DNA of 64,000 bases from an uncultured Gammaproteobacteria bacterium (GCA_964503955.1 CAZDCG010000002.1:205047-269046), one strand, 5' to 3'. Counted from the first letter of the stretch, positions 17,838 to 26,505 are shown. Translations and numbers: made by a program. Notes: generated by a model not told the origin, from the sequence alone.

Positions 17838-19187
17838 ATGTCTTACTCAAGCCGAGACGGTCGACGACCAAATGAATACGCCAGCAAATCCTCACACGGG
17901 TACATTATTCGTGATCCGGAAGTTTCGGAGTTTTTGGATAAATGCAATCTGCCAAAAACGGCGGAAGAGGTTGACGTGCCGACTAACCTCCAATTCGATC
18001 TGGGGGCACCAGAAAACCCAATAAAACATATTATTGCTATTGATGGTGGTCGATCCGAAGTGTTCGTAAGGAAAGATTTTCCATCGTCCACACTCACGTT
18101 CTTTCAATTTGGCGCACTATTTTTCAAGACGGAAGACCTTGAAGCAATATCAAAAAAGGCGTTCATCGATCCGGAGGACATGGCAAAGCTCAACACTATC
18201 GAAAGGTACAAATTGGCTTTGCCAACAAAAAACATTCTCTTGAAGGATGCGGCCTCTTTCAAAGAATCATTCCGAAAGTCACTGTTTGATTTCTTTATGA
18301 AAGGGTTGAGTGGCGAGACTTTCGCAGAGACACTGCGCTGGCTCATCTTTCAGGAATTTGATACTCCAATTGATGGGTACAATCTTTCTACCTGCCCTAA
18401 TTGTGGCGCAAGTGATATTCTTCTAGGTACAAAAATAAAAAAGACTAACTTTTCGTACCAGTGTCCACACTGCAAGGGGGAGATATTTATTACTGATATT
18501 TTCCGCCTGCATGAGGCTATCGATGACGAGCTTGGTGCCGGTGGAGTCTTGGGGTACGTGAATGTACTGATCGAGCAGATCATTATCGTCTATTTGATTA
18601 AAGCAATATTAGAGACCAAACCTTCGATTCTGAGCGAAACACTTTTTATAAAAGACGGACCACTTGCATTCTTTGGTCAGACAGCAAACATGCAAAAGCC
18701 ATTGAGGAAATTGACCACCTTTCTTTCTGAAAAGCACAATCTTTTTCTTGCTGGTTTAGAGAAAAGCGGACCTTTCGTAGAGCATGCAGATGAAATCGGA
18801 AGAAAATTAATGCCAGGGACTGTCTTGCTTTTGGACAACGCTTATATCTATAAATACATTTTGCCCGGTAAGGTTGATAACACAGCCCCATACGCCCGAA
18901 GTTCTTACTACTCCGGAAAAATGATTTTTAAGTCAACAGACGGGAAAATATATGTAGTAACTATGCCTACCAAGAACGCCGAAGTCGTTTTAGCTCCCAA
19001 GAAAAGTGACTTTCATAATTTGGACGTCATCCTCGCTAACATCCAGAAATTACGTTGTGATATGTACGACAATTCGCTTTTCCCAGTAGCTCTTGCGAAC
19101 AAGCTTGTATCTCTCGCAAATCATCCAAGCTCAGCGATTCTTGAAAAATTTGCAAAGAAAACAATTACATCAAAAACGACTCTTTAG
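17838..19187 (+). CDS. NurA-like nuclease (RNase H fold) with Zn-ribbon insertion
   Basis: IIAIDGG, IKDGPL, GLEKSG, PVALANK motifs; CPNC...CPHC; adjacent to HerA. Confidence 0.78.
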   Translation: MSYSSRDGRRPNEYASKSSHGYIIRDPEVSEFLDKCNLPKTAEEVDVPTNLQFDLGAPENPIKHIIAIDGGRSEVFVRKDFPSSTLTFFQFGALFFKTEDLEAISKKAFIDPEDMAKLNTIERYKLALPTKNILLKDAASFKESFRKSLFDFFMKGLSGETFAETLRWLIFQEFDTPIDGYNLSTCPNCGASDILLGTKIKKTNFSYQCPHCKGEIFITDIFRLHEAIDDELGAGGVLGYVNVLIEQIIIVYLIKAILETKPSILSETLFIKDGPLAFFGQTANMQKPLRKLTTFLSEKHNLFLAGLEKSGPFVEHADEIGRKLMPGTVLLLDNAYIYKYILPGKVDNTAPYARSSYYSGKMIFKSTDGKIYVVTMPTKNAEVVLAPKKSDFHNLDVILANIQKLRCDMYDNSLFPVALANKLVSLANHPSSAILEKFAKKTITSKTTL

Positions 19188-19264
19188 TCGTGCTCTGGGA
19201 GCTTTCATTTAGGCTTTTTGTTTCGTAATAATTTTTGACTGAGTTATGTATAGATAACCACAAA

Positions 19265-20542
19265 TTACTGAGTCAAAACCTTCCCATTCTTCAAAACTAA
19301 CTCACTACTCACGCACTCCAATACCGATCTTTGCTCTAAAACACTTCCGTCTCGCAGCACAAACTTGGCGTAGTCTTTGAGATCTATCGGTTCAATCTTT
19401 TCGGTCTTTTTCTTGCCCAAGAACATCGCTTGGAGCTTTTTAAACTTTTGAATCTCGCTGTCTAGTTTGGCGGTCAATTTCACCCTATCAAGGCTGATGG
19501 TGTCGACCATCTTTAACAATGCTTCAACTAGTTCTGTTTCGTTGAGAGCTGAATTTTTGCAATGCCTATCTTTGGATTTGGTACATCTGTAGTAGACATG
19601 GCGATTCACTCCTCCTGCTTTTATCTTCTTAAACTTCTCATCCGCTGTAATGCCAGATCCACATTCACCACACGTCATAAGACGTGTAAATGCAAATTCT
19701 TTCCCCTGTGATTTAATCACCTGTGATTTTATTGATTTGCGTGTTTCATCGAACAATTCTTTGGTTATTATTGGCTTGTGTTTCCCGTCATACCAAGCTC
19801 CACTTCCTTGAGGGAATTCAAACCGACCGTAATAAAACGTATTATCAATAATCTTAAAAACATTACCTAGGCTCAAATGAAAACCTCGATGTGTTTTAAA
19901 ATCAAGCTCGTATTTAAGCCATTTATGAACTCGTGAGACACTCCATTTTTCATAAGCGATTTTTTCAAATATCTGTCGTATTATCTCCGCTCGTTCAGGA
20001 TCCAGTTCAACTTCACATTTGGCGGTTCTATCATTCACTTTTCTGTAGCCTGTTGGTGGCTGAGCCGGCCATAACCCCATTTCACAGCGTGTTCTCATAC
20101 CTCGTTTAACATTGATACTCTTGTTATCATTTTCAAGCTTTGCTTGGCTACAAAGAATCATCAGCAAGAATTTATCACTTGGCGAATTGGTGAATGTCTG
20201 GCCAAATGTTTTTATCTGAATCAATTTTTTTTGATCCATTCGATCGACCAGTTTCCCCAGATCGCCAGCGTTTCGGCTTAAACGATCTGGAGCCCAGGTG
20301 ATAACTCCATCAAAAATTCCTGAATCAATATCTTTTACCAGTTCTTCAAAAACAGGTCTTGTCCCAGATTCTTTAGCCGAGTGGGATTCTCTACGAATTT
20401 CAGACACCAAAAGATTTTCTCGTTCCGCAATTTGCGTCATCTCCTTGATTTGAGAATCAATGGATAATGCCTGCTTTTCATCGCCCTCGGTGGATTTACG
20501 AGCGTATAAACAATATTTTAGGTTGGGTTGAGCTTCTGTCAT
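19265..20542 (-). CDS. Large serine recombinase (integrase)
   Basis: YARKST (catalytic Ser), PDRLSRN, recombinase domain PPTGY, Zn ribbon CGECG...YYRC; likely start MTEAQ at 20542. Confidence 0.93.
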   Translation of the reverse strand: MTEAQPNLKYCLYARKSTEGDEKQALSIDSQIKEMTQIAERENLLVSEIRRESHSAKESGTRPVFEELVKDIDSGIFDGVITWAPDRLSRNAGDLGKLVDRMDQKKLIQIKTFGQTFTNSPSDKFLLMILCSQAKLENDNKSINVKRGMRTRCEMGLWPAQPPTGYRKVNDRTAKCEVELDPERAEIIRQIFEKIAYEKWSVSRVHKWLKYELDFKTHRGFHLSLGNVFKIIDNTFYYGRFEFPQGSGAWYDGKHKPIITKELFDETRKSIKSQVIKSQGKEFAFTRLMTCGECGSGITADEKFKKIKAGGVNRHVYYRCTKSKDRHCKNSALNETELVEALLKMVDTISLDRVKLTAKLDSEIQKFKKLQAMFLGKKKTEKIEPIDLKDYAKFVLRDGSVLEQRSVLECVSSELVLKNGKVLTQ

Positions 20543-20605
20543 GTATTTATTAATGACAGATACCAATACATCTGCTAAGTCTATGCAGAATAGCCCCATT
20601 ATTGC

Positions 20606-21001
20606 CTAATCGTCCCGGTGTTTACGTGGGCGTTTCTTGGTTTTTTCTTCTGAAAAATTAACAAATTCTATTCTATTCACTTTCATATTTGTATTTAGGG
20701 TCTCAAAGAAGTTCTTTGGTCTCGGTTTAACGTATTTCTTCTTATTATTATTCAACCAATATTCGATCGCTCGCATACTTCCTGTTTTAATGTTGTTTAT
20801 CAGCTTGCTCTCAGCCAAGTCGCTTACTGATTCTGCCCCCATATCCAATGCTTCGTCCATTTGTTTCTTAAACTCTGGATCTTCTTTGCGCCAACGATAA
20901 ACAGAGTTTCTGGCTATGCCAACTTTTTCACACGCAGCCGAAACAATTGGGACCAGCTTCAGTTCTTCGATAAATTTTTTAGCTAATCGCGGCTTTTTCA
21001 T
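20606..21001 (-). CDS. HTH protein resembling phage small terminase subunit
   Basis: IVSAACEKVGIARNSVYRWRKEDPEF...DLAESKL...AIEYWL. Confidence 0.65.
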   Translation of the reverse strand: MKKPRLAKKFIEELKLVPIVSAACEKVGIARNSVYRWRKEDPEFKKQMDEALDMGAESVSDLAESKLINNIKTGSMRAIEYWLNNNKKKYVKPRPKNFFETLNTNMKVNRIEFVNFSEEKTKKRPRKHRDD

Positions 21002-22264
21002 CTCCTTTTATGATAGTGGCTTTGCCCCCAGTTAAACGCTCCCAACGTCTGATGATCAAGTCACAGAAAACTGGTTCCAGCTCTATTCCATATACTCGTC
21101 GCTTAAGCTGCTCGCAAGCAATAAGGGTGCTTCCTGAGCCGGAAAAGCTGTCCAAGATTATTTCTCCCGGCTTGGTACAGCGTAATATCGCTTTTTGATG
21201 AAGCTGTGGGGGCTTGGAGGTCGCATGCTCGTAGTCTTGGCCTGCAAGCCTCTTTACACTCCAAATGTCGCTGATTTCTTCCAGCATGGCATTCCCTGTA
21301 GATATATCTTTGTTCAGCACCTCCGTTAAATTAGTCATGTTTTTAGCAATAGAGGGTTTGCCTCTTGTGCCATAAACGCATGGTTCATAACATTTATTGA
21401 AGGCTACGCCAGGGGTAGGATTATGGCCATTTTTAATCCACAAACAAACGCGCTTATTATCAATGCCTAGTTCTTGATAGAGAGTTTGTATCAACCAAAT
21501 ATATTTTTGATCGCACCAGTAGAAGATATGCGCATTCTGCTTACTGACCAAAAGTGCTGTTTCCATGCTTTTTTTAATAAGTTTACGGTAATCAGCCTCA
21601 CTTCTGTTATCTTGAACTGATCCGCCATAGCTTTTTTTACCACCAATGCCAGCGTTGTAATCGATTTGTATGTTATAGACAGGGTCGCTGTATATCATTG
21701 AAGCCGATTTCTCCTCGAATAATTTCTTCACCACAGTAGGATCAGTTGAATCACCGCATATCAGTCTGTGTTCACCCATGATAACCAGATCACCAAGTTG
21801 AGTTAGCGGCTCCTTTATCTTTTTCAACTCCTTTTCGATCTCAAAATCATCGTCGTTAACCTCGGAGTTCTCATTCCAATGGCTTGCCAGCTCCACAGGC
21901 TCGAAACCAACATCAACTAAGGTTTCCATCTCAAAAAGCTTTAGAAGCTCATAATCCCAAGTCCCGTCATTATGGTTGCTCTCTAGCGAAATCTTGTCTT
22001 TTTCCTCTGCGGTAAGAGCTCGATCAGGGACAAGAACTGTAACCTCTGTATCCCTAAATCTTTGAGAGCTTTTTTACGTTGATTTCCAGAAAGAATTACT
22101 CCTTCCGTATCAACTTTCAAAACGTCATGAAACCCTCGCTCACTAATTCTTTCCTTCAATTTGAGAAAAGAAGCTTTACTTATCTTTCTCGGATTGTTTT
22201 TCCAGAGTTTTAGGTCAGAAACCTTGCGTTTCTCTGGACGCCATACGATTGTCGGCTTAGACAT
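20979..22264 (-). pseudogene. ParB-like N-terminal domain + adenine DNA methylase fusion, split by a 1-nt frameshift near 22050
   Basis: 21983-22264 (NNPRKI..SGNQR) continues in another frame as TEVTVLVPDRALTAEEKDKISLESNHNDGTWDYELL into 20979-21929 (HRLICGDST, DPVYN, HATSKP, DSFSGSGST). Confidence 0.8.
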
Positions 22265-22287
22265 ATTTTTATGTACTTAATTGTTAA

Positions 22288-22339
22288 TAAAAAAATACCC
22301 GCGAATGGTCCAGTTGACTGGACACACTCACGGGTATTT
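22288..22339 (-). terminator. Terminator-like hairpin in the leader of the ParB-MTase/TerS/integrase operon
   Basis: Minus strand AAATACCCGTGAGTG-GTCCAGTC..ACTGGAC-CATTCGCGGGTATTT followed by a U-tract. Confidence 0.6.
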
Positions 22340-22368
22340 CCCTGCGAGGAGTATTGATTTGTGAGGTA

Positions 22369-22452
22369 AGTATATATGCACCCGTTGGGAGTGTAAAGGC
22401 CTTGTGCTAGCTCATACATTTGCTTGCTTTTTTGTATAAAATGATTTATACT
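22369..22452. promoter_or_regulatory. Divergent promoters and palindromic operator
   Basis: Leftward TTTACA(22397-92)-17-TATACT(22374-69); rightward TTGCTT(22424-29)-17-TATACT(22447-52); palindrome GTATAAA-N4-TTTATAC at 22434-51. Confidence 0.65.
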
Positions 22453-22461
22453 CTTTATACT

Positions 22462-23082
22462 ATGATAAAAGATCTCAAAGAAAAAGATAAACGGGCGTTT
22501 GCCCTTATCCGCAATAAGCTCATCCATGGCGATCAAAGCCCCACATTACGGGAAATTAATGAGGTTACAGGCGGTAAATCTCCCCGTTCAGCAAGCCTTG
22601 TTGTCAATCGTCTAATAGATGCCGGTCTCATAAAAAAGGTCGGGAGAGATTTTGTTTTAACGGCACCACCTAAGGGAAATTCTATTAGCACCGTTGATGT
22701 TCCTCTCGTAGGAGCTGTTTCATGCGGAATGCCGGTGCTAGCAGAAGAGAACATTCAGGACTATATTCCTGTCTCCACAGCTATGGCGAAAAGTGGTAGC
22801 AAATATTTTCTGCTTCGCGCGATTGGTGATTCAATGAATGATGCTGGAATTAATCCTGGCGACCTTCTCCTTGTTCGACAACAGCCAACCGCTAACGACG
22901 GTGAAAAAGTAGTCGCTCTTATCAACGATGAAGCTACCGTGAAAGTCTTTGAGAAAGCAAAAGACGCCGTAATATTGAAACCAAAATCAAAAAACAAAGA
23001 ACATAAACCTATAATATTAACTGATGATTGCATGATCCAAGGTGTTGTTACTGCGGTACTTCCCGGGGATTTATGTGAGTAA
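22462..23082 (+). CDS. LexA/CI-like S24 repressor
   Basis: SPTLREI wHTH, VPLVGAVSCG cleavage region, GDSM (Ser), ATVK (Lys). Confidence 0.9.
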   Translation: MIKDLKEKDKRAFALIRNKLIHGDQSPTLREINEVTGGKSPRSASLVVNRLIDAGLIKKVGRDFVLTAPPKGNSISTVDVPLVGAVSCGMPVLAEENIQDYIPVSTAMAKSGSKYFLLRAIGDSMNDAGINPGDLLLVRQQPTANDGEKVVALINDEATVKVFEKAKDAVILKPKSKNKEHKPIILTDDCMIQGVVTAVLPGDLCE

Positions 23083-23086
23083 ATAT

Positions 23087-23326
23087 ATGCCAAAGAAAAA
23101 TATACACACTGTGTACAACACAAGTAGAAAAATGTGGGAAACAAAAAAAGAAGGACAAAAGAAGTCCCTGGCAAGCTCTCGAACAAAGGCAACAGCTATG
23201 CAAAAGTCTGTTCGTGAAGCCAAAAAAGCTCAGGCTGAGCATGTCATTCATAATAAAGACGGTAAGATAAGAGATCAGGACAGTTACGGAAAAGACCCAA
23301 ACCCACCAAAAGATAAGAAGCACTAA
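23087..23326 (+). CDS. DUF2188-family small protein
   Basis: HTVY...W...TKATA...AKK...IHNKDGKIRDQDSYGKDPNPPKD. Confidence 0.85.
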   Translation: MPKKNIHTVYNTSRKMWETKKEGQKKSLASSRTKATAMQKSVREAKKAQAEHVIHNKDGKIRDQDSYGKDPNPPKDKKH

Positions 23327-23327
23327 T

Positions 23328-24218
23328 ATGACCTGGGAAGATACTTTTAAATCTTGGGGGGCTGCTCCAAGTACAACGGAGCAACAAAAGATGGAAAATG
23401 CGGAGACGGCCATAAGAAAAGCCATTGAAGCAAATTCTCAATTGTCGTGCATGGATATATCATTCATACCTCAAGGTTCTTATAAATCAAAAACGAATGT
23501 AAGGAACGATAGTGATGTTGATATTTGTGTTTGTTTAAATTCGACTTTTTTTCCCAGATATCCTATTGGTAAGACAAAGGAACATTACGGGAATATAGGT
23601 GGAACTATTACTTTTTCAGCTTTCAAGAACTTGGTTCAAAGAGCGCTCGAAGATTATTTTGGCAAGGAAAGTGTCGATCGCGGTAATAAAGCTTTTGATA
23701 TCCACTCAAACACGTACAGAGTCGATGCCGATGTCGTTCCTGCTTTTGCGTATAGGTATTATTACGATACAGGTTTCAAATGGCACGATCCTGAGGGTAT
23801 TTGCTTCTTAGCTGATGACGGCACAAAGATTATAAACTGGCCACACCAAGTCTACGAAAACTGCAAAAACAAACACACTGTAACAGGACAAAGATATCGC
23901 AAAGTAACAAGAATTTTAAAAAGACTAAGAAACAGGATGCAAGAGGAAGATATTATTGAAGCAAGAGATATTCCCTCATTTTTGATCCAAAGCATGGTGT
24001 GGGGAGCACCTGATGATCATTTCAATAGGGACACCTACTCTGCGGATGTTCGCGCTGTGCTTGCGCATTGTCATAACGAGACATTGCCAAACGGAAATCA
24101 CGCTGATCTGCGAGAAGTCAACAATATTAAACTAATTTACGGAACTCACCAGCCCTGTACAAGAGAAAGGGCTCACGCTTTTTTTGCTAAGTCATGGGAC
24201 TATATTGGATTTAAATAA
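23328..24218 (+). CDS. CD-NTase (cGAS/DncV-like), CdnE-like
   Basis: QGSY..TNVR.DSDVDI, RGNKAF, DADVVP, IINWP, RILKRLR, PSFLI. Confidence 0.92.
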   Translation: MTWEDTFKSWGAAPSTTEQQKMENAETAIRKAIEANSQLSCMDISFIPQGSYKSKTNVRNDSDVDICVCLNSTFFPRYPIGKTKEHYGNIGGTITFSAFKNLVQRALEDYFGKESVDRGNKAFDIHSNTYRVDADVVPAFAYRYYYDTGFKWHDPEGICFLADDGTKIINWPHQVYENCKNKHTVTGQRYRKVTRILKRLRNRMQEEDIIEARDIPSFLIQSMVWGAPDDHFNRDTYSADVRAVLAHCHNETLPNGNHADLREVNNIKLIYGTHQPCTRERAHAFFAKSWDYIGFK

Positions 24219-24222
24219 ACAC

Positions 24223-24846
24223 ATGGATAAGGTAAATGCCACGGTTAGGGTATATGTTCAAATTCTCGCTTTTCTTGTCATTTGGAGCATTACCATTCTC
24301 GTTACTAAAACGTATTCTGTTTTTGATTTTTGGACGGCAGTTAAATTAATCCCACAAGCAATTTCAGCCTACGCACTCTTAGGAATTATCTTTGTAAAAT
24401 GGCTCTGGCGTTTGAAGTTTTTACAAGGTTGGTTGATAAAAATACCAGATCTTCAAGGAACCTGGCGAGGCGAACTTAAAAGTGACTGGATAAACCCTGA
24501 AACTGGTAAGGGTATTGATCCAATACCTGTGCTTTTAGTTATCCGACAAACCTTTTCGAGTATTCAATGCACCATGATGACACGAGAATCCTCAAGTTAC
24601 AGTACCACCGCAAATATCAACGCCGCTCCTAATAGCGAAGACCTCTATTTAACATATAATTATACTAATAGACCTAAAGCGACGATCAGAGATAGAAGTG
24701 CAATTCATGATGGGGCCTCTATACTAAAGATTATCTCAAAACCAAATAGATTTCTTGAAGGAGAATATTGGACAAGTCGTAAAACCCGCGGGGAGATAGC
24801 ACTTGTTTTTGATTCAAAGGATCTTAAGGAAAAAATTGAGTTTTGA
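24223..24846 (+). CDS. CBASS Cap15-like effector (2 TM + beta-barrel)
   Basis: Two TM helices, WLWR..PDLQGTWRG, IRQTF, SSYS, LTYNYTN.P, HDG, LEGEYWTSRKTRG; directly after the CD-NTase. Confidence 0.88.
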   Translation: MDKVNATVRVYVQILAFLVIWSITILVTKTYSVFDFWTAVKLIPQAISAYALLGIIFVKWLWRLKFLQGWLIKIPDLQGTWRGELKSDWINPETGKGIDPIPVLLVIRQTFSSIQCTMMTRESSSYSTTANINAAPNSEDLYLTYNYTNRPKATIRDRSAIHDGASILKIISKPNRFLEGEYWTSRKTRGEIALVFDSKDLKEKIEF

Positions 24847-24944
24847 AGCACTTAAAAAAGCAAAAGTGACGACAGCCCGTTACTTTTCATCTCTAATCCG
24901 TGTCACTTTTGTCACTATTTATGAGAGAGGATGATAAGTTGAAC

Positions 24945-25085
24945 ATGAAAAACTGGACTTATGAAGAGAGAGAAAATCTAATTGGATTCTTTGAATTATT
25001 GCTTGAAGTAGATAGACGAAATAACCCACATCTTTTCACTAAAAATAGCTCTCTCGAGAAGGGTCGAGTAGATAAACAAGGATAG
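24945..25085 (+). CDS. Small hypothetical protein at the island right end
   Basis: MKNWTYEERENLIGFFELLLEVDRRNNPHLF; upstream GAGAGG. Confidence 0.5.
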   Translation: MKNWTYEERENLIGFFELLLEVDRRNNPHLFTKNSSLEKGRVDKQG

Positions 25086-25144
25086 AAGCCCAAAGGCCTT
25101 ACTGGGCAAGGAAATATTTTGGTCGCATCTCGAAAAGGCTCACC

Positions 25145-25173
25145 ACAAAAACCGCTCAAAGAGCGGTTTTTGT
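25145..25173 (+). terminator. Intrinsic terminator (probably the displaced tRNA-Glu terminator)
   Basis: ACAAAAACCGCTC-aaa-GAGCGGTTTTTGT immediately after TCACCA. Confidence 0.75.
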
Positions 25174-25326
25174 AATCTAGCGTCTAAGATCTACATCTGT
25201 ATCTAGATCTAGGCAACGTCATAATCTTCTTCATGTTTTAGGTATAGATGCATATGCAGAATGTAAGATACAAATCCCGGTGCCGCTTCGTGGGATTATC
25301 TGATATAGTAAGACGGAACTTAAACG

Positions 25327-25899
25327 ATGAAGCATATGTCTGACAAGAAATTATTATCCTCTAAGCAGCGTGAAGAATTGCTGGCTGTGCTCAAGGCGCG
25401 TTTTGAAGAAAATAAGCATCGCCACAAAGGCATGGACTGGAAAAAGGTAGAAGCGAGGCTAAAAACCAAAGCAACAAAACTTTGGGCATTGAACCAAATG
25501 GAGAAAACGGGGGGCGAGCCCGATGTGGTTGGATTTGATAAGAAGAGCGGGGAATATCTCTTTGTGGATTGTTCTGAGGAAAGTCCGAAAGGCCGCCGAA
25601 GCCTCTGTTATGACCAGCAGGCCCTGAAAGATAGAAAGGAGCATAAGCCCAAAGACAGCGCTGTGCATATGGCAGAGTCTATGGGGATTGAGCTGTTGTC
25701 AGAGGACGAGTATCGAAAACTGCAACGGCTTGGAGAATTTGATGCGAAAACCTCAAGCTGGGTAAAGACACCTGCTGAGATCCGCAAGCTTGGCGGTGCG
25801 CTGTTTTGCGATCGCCGCTACGATATGGTTTTCATGTATCACAACGGTGCTCAATCTTACTACGCGGCCAGAGGGTTTCGAGGCTCTTTAAGAGTATAG
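25327..25899 (+). CDS. DUF4256-family protein
   Basis: MEKTGGEPDV, DCSEESPKGRRSLCYD, FDAKTSSW, YHNGAQSYYAARGFRG. Confidence 0.85.
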   Translation: MKHMSDKKLLSSKQREELLAVLKARFEENKHRHKGMDWKKVEARLKTKATKLWALNQMEKTGGEPDVVGFDKKSGEYLFVDCSEESPKGRRSLCYDQQALKDRKEHKPKDSAVHMAESMGIELLSEDEYRKLQRLGEFDAKTSSWVKTPAEIRKLGGALFCDRRYDMVFMYHNGAQSYYAARGFRGSLRV

Positions 25900-25970
25900 C
25901 CATGCAGTGTCTGCCGCTGGTCTGGCAACGTTTTGCGCATTTGGTACATTTGGCCCCTTTAACCACGTTT

Positions 25971-26474
25971 ATGAGAGTCCCCAAACGCCGTTCTGAACAA
26001 TCAATCAAACGAGATGAAGGGCTTTTTCTTGTCACAAAAGAGGCGCTTGACCGTCTTCATAAAACGCTTGAGCGGCTTGAGAAATCACTGCCTAAGCTTA
26101 TTGCTGAAGTCGAGCATACAAAATCCCATGGTGATTTCTCCGAAAATGCTGCCTACCAGGATGCCAAAGCCACGCTCAGGCGCACGCATAACCGCATCGC
26201 GAGCCTCAAAGACCGCATCAAGCGCGCGGTACTCATTGAAAAAGGGCCGAGCTCCACGGGTGAAATACAGGTCGGCTCTACAGTCATTCTTGAAACAAAT
26301 GGAAGGCAAATTACTTTTGAAATTCTTGGATCCCATGAATCAGATCCCGGCCGCGGCCGCATTTCAAATCAATCTCCGCTTGGAAAGCTCTTGCTGGGTA
26401 AAAAACCAGGGGATCGCGTTGAGCTGACACTGCCGGAGCGCATGGTTTCGTATAAAATCCTCGAAGTTCGTTGA
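25971..26474 (+). CDS. GreA/GreB-family transcription elongation factor
   Basis: HGDFSENAAY..AK, ISNQSPLGKLLLGK. Confidence 0.9.
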   Translation: MRVPKRRSEQSIKRDEGLFLVTKEALDRLHKTLERLEKSLPKLIAEVEHTKSHGDFSENAAYQDAKATLRRTHNRIASLKDRIKRAVLIEKGPSSTGEIQVGSTVILETNGRQITFEILGSHESDPGRGRISNQSPLGKLLLGKKPGDRVELTLPERMVSYKILEVR

Positions 26475-26505
26475 GGCTCTGTGATATACTTTCAAAAACA
26501 AAGAT

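Larger units (their letters stand above)
14533..25145. mobile_element. Integrative defence island at the tRNA-Glu 3' end (serine-recombinase type)
   Basis: TCACCA at 14527-32 and 25140-45, the right copy directly followed by a terminator; visibly AT-richer; large serine recombinase, repressor and defence cargo. Confidence 0.8.

Noticed and set aside
15844-19187. Sir2-HerA, DUF4297-HerA or archaeal-type repair operon
   Set aside because: The partner has NurA motifs, not Sir2 or PD-(D/E)xK; no mre11/rad50; the context is a mobile island with an MTase.
22040-22060. Programmed ribosomal frameshift
   Set aside because: No slippery heptamer or homopolymer run at the shift site; a point deletion or sequencing error is more likely.
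19265-23082. Intact prophage
   Set aside because: No large terminase, portal, capsid, tail or lysis genes.
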